The translations under genes were made by a program, and so were the position numbers. The notes under the pieces are model-generated. The model was not told where the DNA came from, made no database searches, and was given only the letters and a program-made list of their open reading frames with translations. Shown here in pieces: positions 17,526 through 25,918 of a stretch of 64,000 nucleotides of DNA (positions are counted from its first letter, which is position 1; every line of letters starts with the position of its first letter). The stretch spans positions 1 to 64,000 of IMG/VR virus record IMGVR_UViG_3300037511_000125. One strand, 5' to 3'. This stretch comes from a virus.

Positions 17526-17839
17526 GCCGCTTCCTTCTCAAAAAGGTCGTACACGTTGACGATTTCAAGGCCCAGCTTCTCGGCCACCAGACGTTCGATG
17601 CGTGCGCCGAACGACGCTTCCCATCCAGGTATCATTGCGATCATCTGGCAGCGCGCTACGTGCTCGATGTCGGCTTTTATGCACGTCAGCCAGGCGGCAG
17701 ACGGATCGCTGTTAATTTCTACGGGATTGATCACGTCGTAACCGATGGCGCGCAACTGAGCGGTCAGCGAGTTGAACAGCGGGAAATTTAAATCTATCTC
17801 CCCCGACATTTTTCCGGACAGGTAGATGGTTTTCTTCAT
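17522..17839 (-). CDS. DUF4406 / nucleoside 2-deoxyribosyltransferase-like protein
   Basis: MKKTIYLSGKMSGEIDLNFPLFN...GYDVINP is the characteristic N-terminal motif. Confidence 0.65.
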   Translation of the reverse strand: MKKTIYLSGKMSGEIDLNFPLFNSLTAQLRAIGYDVINPVEINSDPSAAWLTCIKADIEHVARCQMIAMIPGWEASFGARIERLVAEKLGLEIVNVYDLFEKEAA

Positions 17840-18090
17840 GCTGCAATCTCCTCGGTTGTCATTCCAGCCAGCCAGTCAAGCGAACACTCGAGAACCTGAG
17901 CAATCGCGACCGCCGTTTCCCATTGCGGTTTTGCGCCCTTGTTCTCGATCCGGGCGATCACGCTGGAATCGGTACCGACGAGACGCGCAAACTCATACAG
18001 TCCGAACTCGCGCTGCAGGCGCATTTGTTTGATCCGATCGCCCAATGGCGTCGCGCCGCGCTCGTGGGATCTTCGGTGAACGGCTGTCAT
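17836..18090 (-). CDS. XRE-family HTH regulator
   Basis: ...IKQMRLQREFGLYEFARLVGTDSSVIARIENKGAKP... is a classic HTH_3 motif. Confidence 0.75.
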   Translation of the reverse strand: MTAVHRRSHERGATPLGDRIKQMRLQREFGLYEFARLVGTDSSVIARIENKGAKPQWETAVAIAQVLECSLDWLAGMTTEEIAA

Positions 18091-18518
18091 GCGGCCTCCG
18101 TCTCTTCGATATCCATCGCCTGCCGATAGACGCGGCCCACTGGAATCTGCGGCTTGAACGACTTGGCATATGCACCGAACAGAAGCACGTCTTGCCAGTG
18201 GCGGAAAGGCTCCGGGCGCTTTGATTGCTCCTTTTCCAGAGCCTTGGCCGCCAACTGTTCGCGATTGCGTGCCAATGCCTTGCGCTCATTGCTGGTCAGG
18301 GCCTTTGGCTTGCGCGCGTCTTTCCCAGAACCGATCGCCCATAACTTCACCGGATGCCCGATGTTGTTGCGCACATAGCCGGAAATGCGAATTTGCTTAT
18401 CCGCCTTCAGGCGTCGAATGCTCGAAGTCACGAACGACTGAGATACGCCAAGCTCGGCAAACATTTGGGGCGCGGTGCGGGGTTTACCGTCTTTGAGTAG
18501 CGCCAGGACCGTTTGCAT
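18087..18518 (-). CDS. winged-helix DNA-binding protein
   Basis: Starts at the internal ATG 18518 (MQTVLALLKDGKPRTAPQMFAELGVSQSF...). Confidence 0.5.
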   Translation of the reverse strand: MQTVLALLKDGKPRTAPQMFAELGVSQSFVTSSIRRLKADKQIRISGYVRNNIGHPVKLWAIGSGKDARKPKALTSNERKALARNREQLAAKALEKEQSKRPEPFRHWQDVLLFGAYAKSFKPQIPVGRVYRQAMDIEETEAA

Positions 18519-18528
18519 GACTTGCTCC

Positions 18529-18984
18529 TTATGCGGCTTTCTTGACAAGCGCATGCGCTTGCTTGTGGTGGAAATCGCACAGCCACACAACGTCGAGCGG
18601 GCGGCTGTAGTCAGGGTGGTGTGCTTCTGGCCTACATTCACAGGTGGGAACTGCGCAAACAGGCCACGGGGCCAATTTCCCGCGGAGAATCGCCTTATTC
18701 ACGGCTGCGCGCGCACGCGCCCGCTCCGGCTGTGCTTCACGGTATCGATCATTCGCGGCGTGGTGCGCCGCACGGAATGCGTCGGTCTCTTGATATGCCT
18801 TTCTGGCTGCGACGCGATGCGGTTGATTGTCGCGCGCCCTATCATATGCAAGGTAGTAATCGATGTTCTCGGCGCGGTTGGCCCGAGAAGCTGCCTTCAC
18901 GCACTCCTTGCATTTCGACTTATTCGACTCGTAGAACTGATCGGCGGGTTTATCGGCTCCGCAAGCCTTGCATGTAATCGTCAT
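18529..18984 (-). CDS. HNH-like Cys/His-rich nuclease
   Basis: N-terminal CKAC...CKEC, and C-terminal ...EAHHPDYSRPLDVVWLCDFHHKQAH (HNH-type). Confidence 0.5.
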   Translation of the reverse strand: MTITCKACGADKPADQFYESNKSKCKECVKAASRANRAENIDYYLAYDRARDNQPHRVAARKAYQETDAFRAAHHAANDRYREAQPERARARAAVNKAILRGKLAPWPVCAVPTCECRPEAHHPDYSRPLDVVWLCDFHHKQAHALVKKAA

Positions 18985-18986
18985 GA

Positions 18987-19436
18987 TTAAAAAGGCACGT
19001 CATCATCCATTTCGTCGAATCCGCCACCGGCCGGCGCGGCGGGACGAGACGCGGCTTGCTGTCGTGCGGGGCGTTCCGTATCGTTACTACGGGGTCCGTC
19101 TCGACGGTCGCCAAGCATTTGCATCGAATCCGCAACGATATCCGTCGAGTACCGATCAGTCCCGTCCTGAGCCTGATACTTGCGCGTGCGAATCTTTCCC
19201 TCGACGTAGATCGTCGAGCCTTTCTTCAGGTACTCGTTGACGATCTCCGCGAGACGGCCAAAGAACGACACGCGATGCCACTCGGTCGATTCCTTCATTT
19301 CGCCCGATGCCTTGTCCTTGTAGCGGTCCGTCGTCGCGAGACGGATGTTCGCCACCGCGTCACCACTCGGCAGATATCGAACTTCGGGATCAGCTCCCAG
19401 GTTGCCGATGAGAGTAACTTTGTTTACGCTTGCCAT
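18987..19436 (-). CDS. ssb: single-stranded DNA-binding protein
   Basis: An OB-fold N-terminus ([36 protein letters not shown]...) and the acidic tail DDDVPF. Confidence 0.9.
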   Translation of the reverse strand: MASVNKVTLIGNLGADPEVRYLPSGDAVANIRLATTDRYKDKASGEMKESTEWHRVSFFGRLAEIVNEYLKKGSTIYVEGKIRTRKYQAQDGTDRYSTDIVADSMQMLGDRRDGPRSNDTERPARQQAASRPAAPAGGGFDEMDDDVPF

Positions 19437-19631
19437 TTATGCAATCTCCTTTGCGTTATTCCGCTCAGCCCAATGCGCCTTGAGCGCGTCCTTAAGTTGA
19501 TTCTCTGCAGCCTCTCCGAACACTGTCCGGATGTTGGCGAGGTAAGCTCTTCGTTGCTCGAGACTCCAGGCGGAGATTTCCTCGATGACGGAGCGGAGTT
19601 GGTCTAAGTCGTGGATCATGAGTCGGCCCAA
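19437..19631 (-). CDS. hypothetical protein
   Basis: 64-aa ORF between the primase and ssb genes. Confidence 0.5.
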   Translation of the reverse strand: MGRLMIHDLDQLRSVIEEISAWSLEQRRAYLANIRTVFGEAAENQLKDALKAHWAERNNAKEIA

Positions 19632-20512
19632 TCCGTCCCGACTGCCTCAGGAATCCGCACATCGGTCTTGATGCCGCGCATCGACAGGCGGTGAGCCAGC
19701 GCGAACGCGGCGTTCTGGCCCGTGAAGTTCTCATCGTTGTCGCCAAAGATGACGACTTCCTTGACGCCAGCCGGTACTTCCCAGTCGCGCATACCGCCTG
19801 CAGAGATAGCCGCCCATGTCGGAACGCCAAACAGCACTGAGGCGCGCAACGCCGTTTCGATGCCCTCGGCAATGCCAAGGCACTCGGCCAAGCCAGTGAG
19901 CCGGATCGCGCCGCTTTTGATCGTGCCGGCCATCACCTTCTTCGCCTCGTCTACCGGAGCCTTTCCGCCGTTACCATCGAGCCAAGTCCGGTGCATCGTC
20001 GACGCTTTACCGTCTGGCATGGTCACAACGGCGAGCATCGCGGGAAACGATCGGCTCGAGTCGTAACGCAGATTCGGATGAAACCGGATCGCAGCGGGAA
20101 CCGTTTCAATGCCCGTGCGACGATTCAGATACGTCCAGACCGCATCGCCCGTGACGACAGCCTTCGATTCCCGGTAGACGCGCTTCAATGCCGCGGACTT
20201 CTGCTCGTCGGTAAATTCACGGCGCGGTGCGTCCTCTTTCGACACACCCAGCACGCGCTCGACTTCACGGGCCGCCTGCGCGAATGACCATCCGTTGATC
20301 TTGCGAAGCAGAGCGAAACCGTCACCGGCTCCGTCGTGCGAGCAATACCAGGTGCCTCGCTGATCCTTGTTATCGAAGCGGTAGCGATCCTTGCCGCCGC
20401 AGATCGGGCAGGGGCCATGCTTCTTCGAAAGGAAGTCGGTCGAAAGGCCAAGCGACGTGAGAATCGATTCCCAGCGTCCAACGCACAGATCACCGATGCG
20501 CTCACGCTGCAT
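19616..20512 (-). CDS. DNA primase (P4-type zinc-binding domain plus Toprim)
   Basis: CPICGGKDRYRF...WYCSH zinc motif. Toprim-like ...VVIFGDNDENFTGQ... Confidence 0.8.
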   Translation of the reverse strand: MQRERIGDLCVGRWESILTSLGLSTDFLSKKHGPCPICGGKDRYRFDNKDQRGTWYCSHDGAGDGFALLRKINGWSFAQAAREVERVLGVSKEDAPRREFTDEQKSAALKRVYRESKAVVTGDAVWTYLNRRTGIETVPAAIRFHPNLRYDSSRSFPAMLAVVTMPDGKASTMHRTWLDGNGGKAPVDEAKKVMAGTIKSGAIRLTGLAECLGIAEGIETALRASVLFGVPTWAAISAGGMRDWEVPAGVKEVVIFGDNDENFTGQNAAFALAHRLSMRGIKTDVRIPEAVGTDWADS

Positions 20513-22067
20513 GCTTCATCCCCTTCGCGTAGGCGATGTTGCGGGACTGGATGTAGCGCTTCGTGTCCGCAGAAGGCTCGCAGGCAACCTTGTTAAGACT
20601 GTTCGGCCACACTCCAAACTTGTCTCGATAAACGTGAGCCACGCGCCCGTCAGACCATCCCTTGATAGCTTGGTGGCCAAGCAATTCGGAATAGAACTGC
20701 TGCTTCTCGGCCATCGTCGCTTTGACCTTCTTCGCGCCGCGTTCCTGCTTGACCAACTCGCCTTCCGCAGCGTGAATCGTGTTCTGCTTCTCAGGTGCGA
20801 AACCGCATTGCGGGCACTTGTGCGATACCTTCAGGAATGAGCATGAAGGGCAGGCGGTCGGCAACTTCTCTTTCTTCTTCGACGCCGATTGCTTCTTCGG
20901 TTTGCCATCATCCAGTTCGAGCGGCAGATCGTCGGTCGGATAACCGAGCGTCTTCGAACTTCCCGAATGATCGAGAATCAGGGCGCGCGTCTTTCCTTCG
21001 GCGGGGCGCAAAACACGGCCGGCCATCTGGATATACCGAATCAGGCTCTTGGTCGGGCGCGCAAGAATGAGCGTCTGGCAGAACGGCGCATCCCACCCCT
21101 CGGCAAGCAACGCCGAATTGCTGATGATGGTTGTCTCGCCCTTTTCGAAGCGCTTCAGCGCCGCGCGACGGTCGTCGGTGTCGTCGTAGCAGTCGATGTG
21201 TTCCGCCTTAACGCCTGCCGCGAGGAACTGCTCGACGATGTGCTTGCTGTGCGCAATGTTCGACGCGAACACCACAGTCGGCGTGCCGCGTGCCAACTTG
21301 AACCAGTGCGAGACGATATCGCCGATCAGTTCCGGCTTGTCGGTTGCCTCGCCAACATCCATGTCGGACCAGTCCAACTCGCCGAACTTGTTTTTAACCT
21401 GCTTGAAGCCGGTCATGTCAGGCTCGGACGGCGCGTAAATATCGCAGTCGACCAGGTATCCTTCGCTGATCAATTCCTGAATCGTCGCCGCGATCACCAT
21501 GCGCTCGAACAGCGGGCCGTTGAGCTTGTCGTAGTGCTTGCCCAGACCCTTCGCGAACGGCGTTGCAGACAGACCGATCACAGGCTTGCCGGCGAATGTC
21601 TCGATGATGCCGCGGTAATCCTTCGATCCCGCTACGCCATGCGCCTCGTCGATGATGATGAAATCAACGTCCGGAATACCACGCTTCGCGATGGTCTGGA
21701 TCGAGCAAACCAGCACGTGTTCGTACTCGCGCCGGCTGTTGTCGCCCTGGATGATTCCGTGCGCAATGCCGTAGTTCTGGAAAGCCTTCGATGCCTGCTC
21801 GACGAGCTGGATGCGGTTGCACAGGAACGCGACACGCTTTCCCTTCGCCCGAGCGCCCTTGACCAGTCCAACGGCAAGCGCCGTCTTACCCATGCCGGTC
21901 GGGCCGTAAAGCATCTGGCGCAGGCAGCCTTCGGACAGGCCGATGCGCAGCCCTTGAATCGCCTGTGCCTGGTACGGACGCAGTTCGAGTTCAGCGCCGA
22001 AACGGCCCAAGCCAATGGGAGGGGCTTCATAAACGGCGGCGGCAAATCCGGTGTCGGTGAAATCCAC
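20502..22067 (-). CDS. SF2 DEAD/DEAH-box helicase
   Basis: Walker A GPTGMGKT, motif II IIIDEAHG, SAT motif, and a C-terminal zinc ribbon CPSC...CPQC. Confidence 0.85.
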   Translation of the reverse strand: MDFTDTGFAAAVYEAPPIGLGRFGAELELRPYQAQAIQGLRIGLSEGCLRQMLYGPTGMGKTALAVGLVKGARAKGKRVAFLCNRIQLVEQASKAFQNYGIAHGIIQGDNSRREYEHVLVCSIQTIAKRGIPDVDFIIIDEAHGVAGSKDYRGIIETFAGKPVIGLSATPFAKGLGKHYDKLNGPLFERMVIAATIQELISEGYLVDCDIYAPSEPDMTGFKQVKNKFGELDWSDMDVGEATDKPELIGDIVSHWFKLARGTPTVVFASNIAHSKHIVEQFLAAGVKAEHIDCYDDTDDRRAALKRFEKGETTIISNSALLAEGWDAPFCQTLILARPTKSLIRYIQMAGRVLRPAEGKTRALILDHSGSSKTLGYPTDDLPLELDDGKPKKQSASKKKEKLPTACPSCSFLKVSHKCPQCGFAPEKQNTIHAAEGELVKQERGAKKVKATMAEKQQFYSELLGHQAIKGWSDGRVAHVYRDKFGVWPNSLNKVACEPSADTKRYIQSRNIAYAKGMKHAA

Positions 22068-22076
22068 GTTCTCTCC

Positions 22077-22637
22077 CTATGGCTTATCAAAGGGGTTAGA
22101 GGAATCGTCCTCTGGCTGGGAGGTTCTAATACCCGAAGGTGAAGAAGGAGAAGCAGTAGAAGAGCCGTCACCAAAGGTATGCTTTGGTGAAGCCTTGGGT
22201 TTGCTCTTTGGTGCATTCTTAGGTGAATCTCCATCACCATCACCAAAGCGCGTAGATTCGCCACGAATGGTGCGGACATACTCGTCCTTAACCATCCGTG
22301 AGGAGTACCAAAGGGGACCGACCTGACTAGACACTAAAGTTACCGGCTCACCATCTTTTCGGCCGGAGCGGGGAACATATATGAAGGGCTCGACCTTCTC
22401 GCCAGCGTCGGCACCCTTCAAGATTCCTTTGTCGGACAGTCCACGCAACGCCGCCACCGTGCAATTCACGGCTTGGGCGATTTCCTTCAGGGGCCAGCGA
22501 AGAACCCCATAATCTTCCGAGTCGTGCATCAGGCACATCACATCGATCCAGACGCCTTTCTCGGCATGCGAACAGCGACGCAAATTGCTGTTCGATGCCC
22601 AGTCGCCAGGGTAGAACTGGAAAGACGGACGCTTCAA
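22077..22637 (-). CDS. DUF1376-like replication-associated protein
   Basis: MKRPSFQFYPGDWASNSNLRRCSHAEKGVWIDVMCLMH is the family signature as I recall it. Confidence 0.65.
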   Translation of the reverse strand: MKRPSFQFYPGDWASNSNLRRCSHAEKGVWIDVMCLMHDSEDYGVLRWPLKEIAQAVNCTVAALRGLSDKGILKGADAGEKVEPFIYVPRSGRKDGEPVTLVSSQVGPLWYSSRMVKDEYVRTIRGESTRFGDGDGDSPKNAPKSKPKASPKHTFGDGSSTASPSSPSGIRTSQPEDDSSNPFDKP

Positions 22638-22679
22638 ATCACTTCCCCTTCATTGGCGTTAAACAGATCCCGTTTCATC

Positions 22680-22895
22680 TCACTTCCCCAAAAACGGAGC
22701 GAGCGCCCCGATCTGCCACAGAATCAGCGCAGCAAGCGATATCAGGCCGACGTACAGAACGACGAGGAACGTGACGTTGCTGTGCATCACGCGCCTGGTG
22801 CGAGACTGCCTGGCAGCCTGTTTGGCCTTGATCGAGGCTATCCAGCGGTCGTATTGAAGACCGGTGGTGATGCCTTTGTCGTGGATGTCGTTCAC
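22680..22895 (-). CDS. small membrane protein
   Basis: C-terminal TM helix FLVVLYVGLISLAALILW. Confidence 0.5.
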   Translation of the reverse strand: MNDIHDKGITTGLQYDRWIASIKAKQAARQSRTRRVMHSNVTFLVVLYVGLISLAALILWQIGALAPFLGK

Positions 22896-23227
22896 GCTGG
22901 CACCTCGTCCCGCGTTTCTTCATCGACAGGGACGCCGCCGATGGGACGGAGATGTTCATCGCCGATGATCCGCTCAGCGAAGAAGGCAATGCCGCTATCA
23001 ATCCGGCCGTCCGTAGTCGCCCACGGCAGAGGATTCGCGCTTCGAACCACCCACGCATCATCGTGACGACCCGTGAATCGGGCGCACACCTTTCCATCAA
23101 TCGACGTGAACTGCTCAAGCGCGACGGCAGGGCGAACCACGTCAACGATCCGATCGACAAGCCCGGGCGTCATGTCATGACAGCCGTTGCTGACGACTCG
23201 GGCAAGCATTCCGGGCTTTACGTTCAC
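22892..23227 (-). CDS. hypothetical protein
   Basis: 111-aa coupled ORF. Confidence 0.5.
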   Translation of the reverse strand: MNVKPGMLARVVSNGCHDMTPGLVDRIVDVVRPAVALEQFTSIDGKVCARFTGRHDDAWVVRSANPLPWATTDGRIDSGIAFFAERIIGDEHLRPIGGVPVDEETRDEVPA

Positions 23228-23409
23228 GCTGCCTCCATTCCCATGAATTTGTGCGGATCGACGCGGTACAGCTCAACCTCAACCACACTTAGGAGTTGTT
23301 GCCCCTGAACCTTGAGCGTGCGTTTAGCGCCGAAATAGCGCGTGTACGTTTTGGCTCGGGCGTCGATCACGACGAGTGCGGGGCCAGAGAAGATGTTTTC
23401 GGGTTTCAA
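23224..23409 (-). CDS. hypothetical protein
   Basis: 61-aa coupled ORF. Confidence 0.45.
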   Translation of the reverse strand: MKPENIFSGPALVVIDARAKTYTRYFGAKRTLKVQGQQLLSVVEVELYRVDPHKFMGMEAA

Positions 23410-23852
23410 GCGGCTCTCGCATAGCCCATAGAGGCAATCTGTTCGCGGACCATCTGCGCCATAACGGCTTTCATTTCTTCCGGGATCTCGACTTCGGGCT
23501 TGGTGAGCCAGCCGCGAATCTGCGACTTGCGCATCGCGCGAAACTGATCAATGGCAGCGTTCGAGCAGATGTTTTGAAGAAGCTCTTCCTGTTCGAGGGA
23601 AAGCTTGGCAAGGCCCATCTTTACCTTGGCAAGCTGGGCTCGGTTCTTGAACCCCAGGTATGCAGCGATTTCACCTTCCTGCAGTTTGCGAATGCGTTTG
23701 TCGAGACAAAGGCAAACCGCATCGCTGTAGTCCTTGCAGGACGCGATAAGGGCGTTGTCCAGATCGCGCGGCTTGGGAATCGTCGTCAGCACGGGCAGGG
23801 CGTCCTGCACGAGCCGATAGAGATAAGTAATTGAGTCCGCTTGATGTTCCAT
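23406..23852 (-). CDS. early regulatory protein (CII/CP76-like, by position)
   Basis: First large gene after the cro-like gene. I start it at ATG 23852 (MEHQADSITYLYRLV...). The family call is weak. Confidence 0.4.
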   Translation of the reverse strand: MEHQADSITYLYRLVQDALPVLTTIPKPRDLDNALIASCKDYSDAVCLCLDKRIRKLQEGEIAAYLGFKNRAQLAKVKMGLAKLSLEQEELLQNICSNAAIDQFRAMRKSQIRGWLTKPEVEIPEEMKAVMAQMVREQIASMGYARAA

Positions 23853-23895
23853 TTGATTCTTCTTGATGTTCCAGTAGGACAAGGGGCCAAATGAA

Positions 23896-23911
23896 GGCTC
23901 CCGAAGGAGCC
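23896..23911 (-). terminator. hairpin between the cro-like gene and the next gene (tR1-like attenuator?)
   Basis: Minus strand GGCUCC-UUCG-GGAGCC followed by UUCAUUU. Confidence 0.3.
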
Positions 23912-23935
23912 AACGTTAAGAAACCTATGAACCGC

Positions 23936-24175
23936 TTAAACCGCTACAACTTTCGATTCAAGCAACTGATCCCTGGATACGCGCCCTTCAGTGAGGCTTT
24001 CGATTGCTGCAGCGTATTGCGTCTCTCCAGTCCACTCGGTTCGGGGTAACCGACCCCTCGCGATCCATTTGCGGACAGCCTGGTAGGTGACCGGCTTCTG
24101 GATCCGTTCATTGAGTTTCTTGGTGAAGGCGGTAAGTCCGCCAGCATCGCCAATTGCTATTTCGATCAGGTTCAT
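23936..24175 (-). CDS. Cro-like / YdaS-like HTH regulator
   Basis: MNLIEIAIGDAGGLTAFTKKLNERIQKPVTYQAVRKWIARGRLP is HTH-like. Divergent from the CI-like gene. Confidence 0.6.
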   Translation of the reverse strand: MNLIEIAIGDAGGLTAFTKKLNERIQKPVTYQAVRKWIARGRLPRTEWTGETQYAAAIESLTEGRVSRDQLLESKVVAV

Positions 24176-24206
24176 GGTCTCCATTCTAGAACCAAAAGTT
24201 ACTGTC

Positions 24207-24884
24207 ATGCAAGAACTGATTGTTCCTGTCGCTCCGGCGACAATGGAACCTATGGTTACTAGTGATGAAATCCGCGATTTTTCAGAGCGATTGAACTCCG
24301 CGCTCGATGCGAAGAACGATGAGCGCGTGGGTCGGCAGGCGCGCCTCGGGAAGGCGTTTGGCTTGAGTCAGAAGGCGGCGCGCAAGTGGCTTGTGGGTGA
24401 GTCCTTCCCCGAGGTGGCGAGAATGATCCAGCTCGCCAAGATGCTCGACGTCCGATTCGAGTGGCTGGCTACGGGACGCGGCCCGCGTTATTTGAATGAA
24501 GAATTAGGGTCAATCAAGCCGGATGAGTCGGTTGATCGGCCTCTTGAAAAGATCCGGCAAGTCATTGACGGCCAGCACCGTGCGTCGCGAATCAGTGATG
24601 AGGACGCGACTTTGCTTCGCGCTGCGGTGGAGTCTGTTCAGACCAATATGGCACCTACGATCCGCGCCGCCGTTTTATTAATGTTGGGTAGCCAAACGCC
24701 CGCAGAGAACCAAAAAGAGAACGCTAATCAGGTAATTGAAGGGCATGTAATTAGTTCACACTCATCGTCACGCGAGGTAAAAGGTTCTGCCAAAGACTTC
24801 GCCGGGAGCAAGATAGCCGACATTCGATCGGAGGCCGTTCCAGACGGTGAGAAGCATCATGACCAACGAAAGAAGGGAACCTGA
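24207..24884 (+). CDS. CI-like repressor (HTH, no S24 peptidase domain)
   Basis: HTH ...LGKAFGLSQKAARKWLVGESFPEVARMIQLAKMLDVRFEWLATG... No Ala-Gly or Ser-Lys autocleavage motifs are seen in the C-terminal half. Confidence 0.65.
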   Translation: MQELIVPVAPATMEPMVTSDEIRDFSERLNSALDAKNDERVGRQARLGKAFGLSQKAARKWLVGESFPEVARMIQLAKMLDVRFEWLATGRGPRYLNEELGSIKPDESVDRPLEKIRQVIDGQHRASRISDEDATLLRAAVESVQTNMAPTIRAAVLLMLGSQTPAENQKENANQVIEGHVISSHSSSREVKGSAKDFAGSKIADIRSEAVPDGEKHHDQRKKGT

Positions 24885-25101
24885 GGTCGTGAGCCTAGAT
24901 GCCTATAGAGCCATCCGCGATCACAGGTCAGCGCGATACGATCAGGAGGTAGTTACAGATGTACATTTCTCGATAACGCGTTCTGGCGCGATCCTGCCAA
25001 GTGCAGTGAAGGTGGTTGATCTGCATGTTCTGGCGGTGCTCGCGTGGAGCTTGGAGGTGTCCTCAAACATGCTCGACAATTACCTGTCTCAGACCGACTA
25101 A
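24859..25101 (+). CDS. hypothetical protein
   Basis: ATG 24859 (MTNERREPEVVSLDAYR...) overlaps the end of the repressor gene. Confidence 0.45.
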   Translation: MTNERREPEVVSLDAYRAIRDHRSARYDQEVVTDVHFSITRSGAILPSAVKVVDLHVLAVLAWSLEVSSNMLDNYLSQTD

Positions 25102-25124
25102 GACCCACACAACGAGAACCATAC

Positions 25125-25149
25125 AAGCCCGCCGCGCGCGGGCTTTTTT
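25125..25149 (+). terminator. rho-independent terminator of the repressor transcript
   Basis: AAGCCCGC-cgcgc-GCGGGCTT followed by TTTT. Confidence 0.75.
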
Positions 25150-25191
25150 GTGTCCCCCATCAATCTGTCCCCATTTGTTACAAAAATGGTC

Positions 25192-25231
25192 ACTTTCGGT
25201 ACTTGCGCGACGTAACCGAAAGTTCTATGAT
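25192..25231 (+). promoter_or_regulatory. operator-like palindrome overlapping a putative promoter
   Basis: ACTTTCGGTAC-N9-GTAACCGAAAGT at 25192-25223, then TATGAT at 25226-31. A possible -35 TTGCGC lies 17 nt upstream. Confidence 0.4.
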
Positions 25232-25315
25232 TCATCCATACCCGCTGCACACGAATCATCAGCACCGCACCACAAACCGCAGCAGCACCGCGGATCAATC
25301 ACGAAGGGGACCGAA

Positions 25316-25639
25316 ATGACCGAAGTAACGAAGGCCTGCATCGCGGGCGCCGTAATGGCCGCAGCTCTCTTTGGCGTCGCCAAGCACGCAAACGCCGAGG
25401 AATACATCCTGGGCACTGCTCAGTGCCACGTATGGACCGATGCGAATCACGGCGAGTTCGATCGCATGCTCGAGCTGGGCTACACGATCGGATTCGCGGA
25501 CTCGTACTCGCTGAATGCGGATACACGCACGTACAAGTATGGCGAAGTCGTTGCAGCCATCACGCGTGAATGCTACCGCGATCCGAAGCAGATGATCGCC
25601 GCCGCTGCAGTTAAGGCGATGAAGACGTTCGAGAAGTGA
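25316..25639 (+). CDS. small secreted/periplasmic protein (immunity-region moron)
   Basis: SD GAAGGGGA. Signal peptide MTEVTKACIAGAVMAAALFGVAKHANA. The mature part has two Cys. Confidence 0.6.
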   Translation: MTEVTKACIAGAVMAAALFGVAKHANAEEYILGTAQCHVWTDANHGEFDRMLELGYTIGFADSYSLNADTRTYKYGEVVAAITRECYRDPKQMIAAAAVKAMKTFEK

Positions 25640-25640
25640 A

Positions 25641-25745
25641 ATGAGCTACGCCGACTACGTCGCCGACTGCACCGCCCGAGGCAAGCGTGCGATTTCGTAC
25701 ACGGCCTGGGCGAATCTGCAGCCTCCGACTGAATGGAGTTTTTGA
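25641..25745 (+). CDS. tiny ORF (34 aa)
   Basis: MSYADYVADCTARGKRAISYTAWANLQPPTEWSF. Its stop overlaps the next ATG (TGATG). Confidence 0.3.
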   Translation: MSYADYVADCTARGKRAISYTAWANLQPPTEWSF

Positions 25746-25918
25746 TGCGCGAATGGTTAGTCAGCATATACGCCGGTTATCACCACACCAATCCGACGTG
25801 GAAGTTCTCGGTAAGCGCAGATAGCAAGGCGATGGCGATATCGATCGGCATGTGGATGTTCGAACACTCAGGTGAGTATATCGACGAGTTCGGTCACGTC
25901 GAGGCGGACAAGATTTAA
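25745..25918 (+). CDS. hypothetical small protein
   Basis: MREWLVSIYAGYHHTNPTWKF..., coupled to the previous ORF. Confidence 0.4.
   Translation: MREWLVSIYAGYHHTNPTWKFSVSADSKAMAISIGMWMFEHSGEYIDEFGHVEADKI

Noticed and set aside
16756-18641. Long forms of track ORFs 16756-17568 (270 aa) and 18087-18641 (184 aa).
   Set aside because: Their 5' extensions overlap well-formed upstream genes and are compositionally poor. Internal ATGs that overlap the upstream stops (17331 and 18518) give sensible proteins.
20889-22142. 417-aa plus-strand ORF.
   Set aside because: It is fully antisense to the helicase gene, which has unmistakable SF2 motifs. Its composition is Arg-rich junk.
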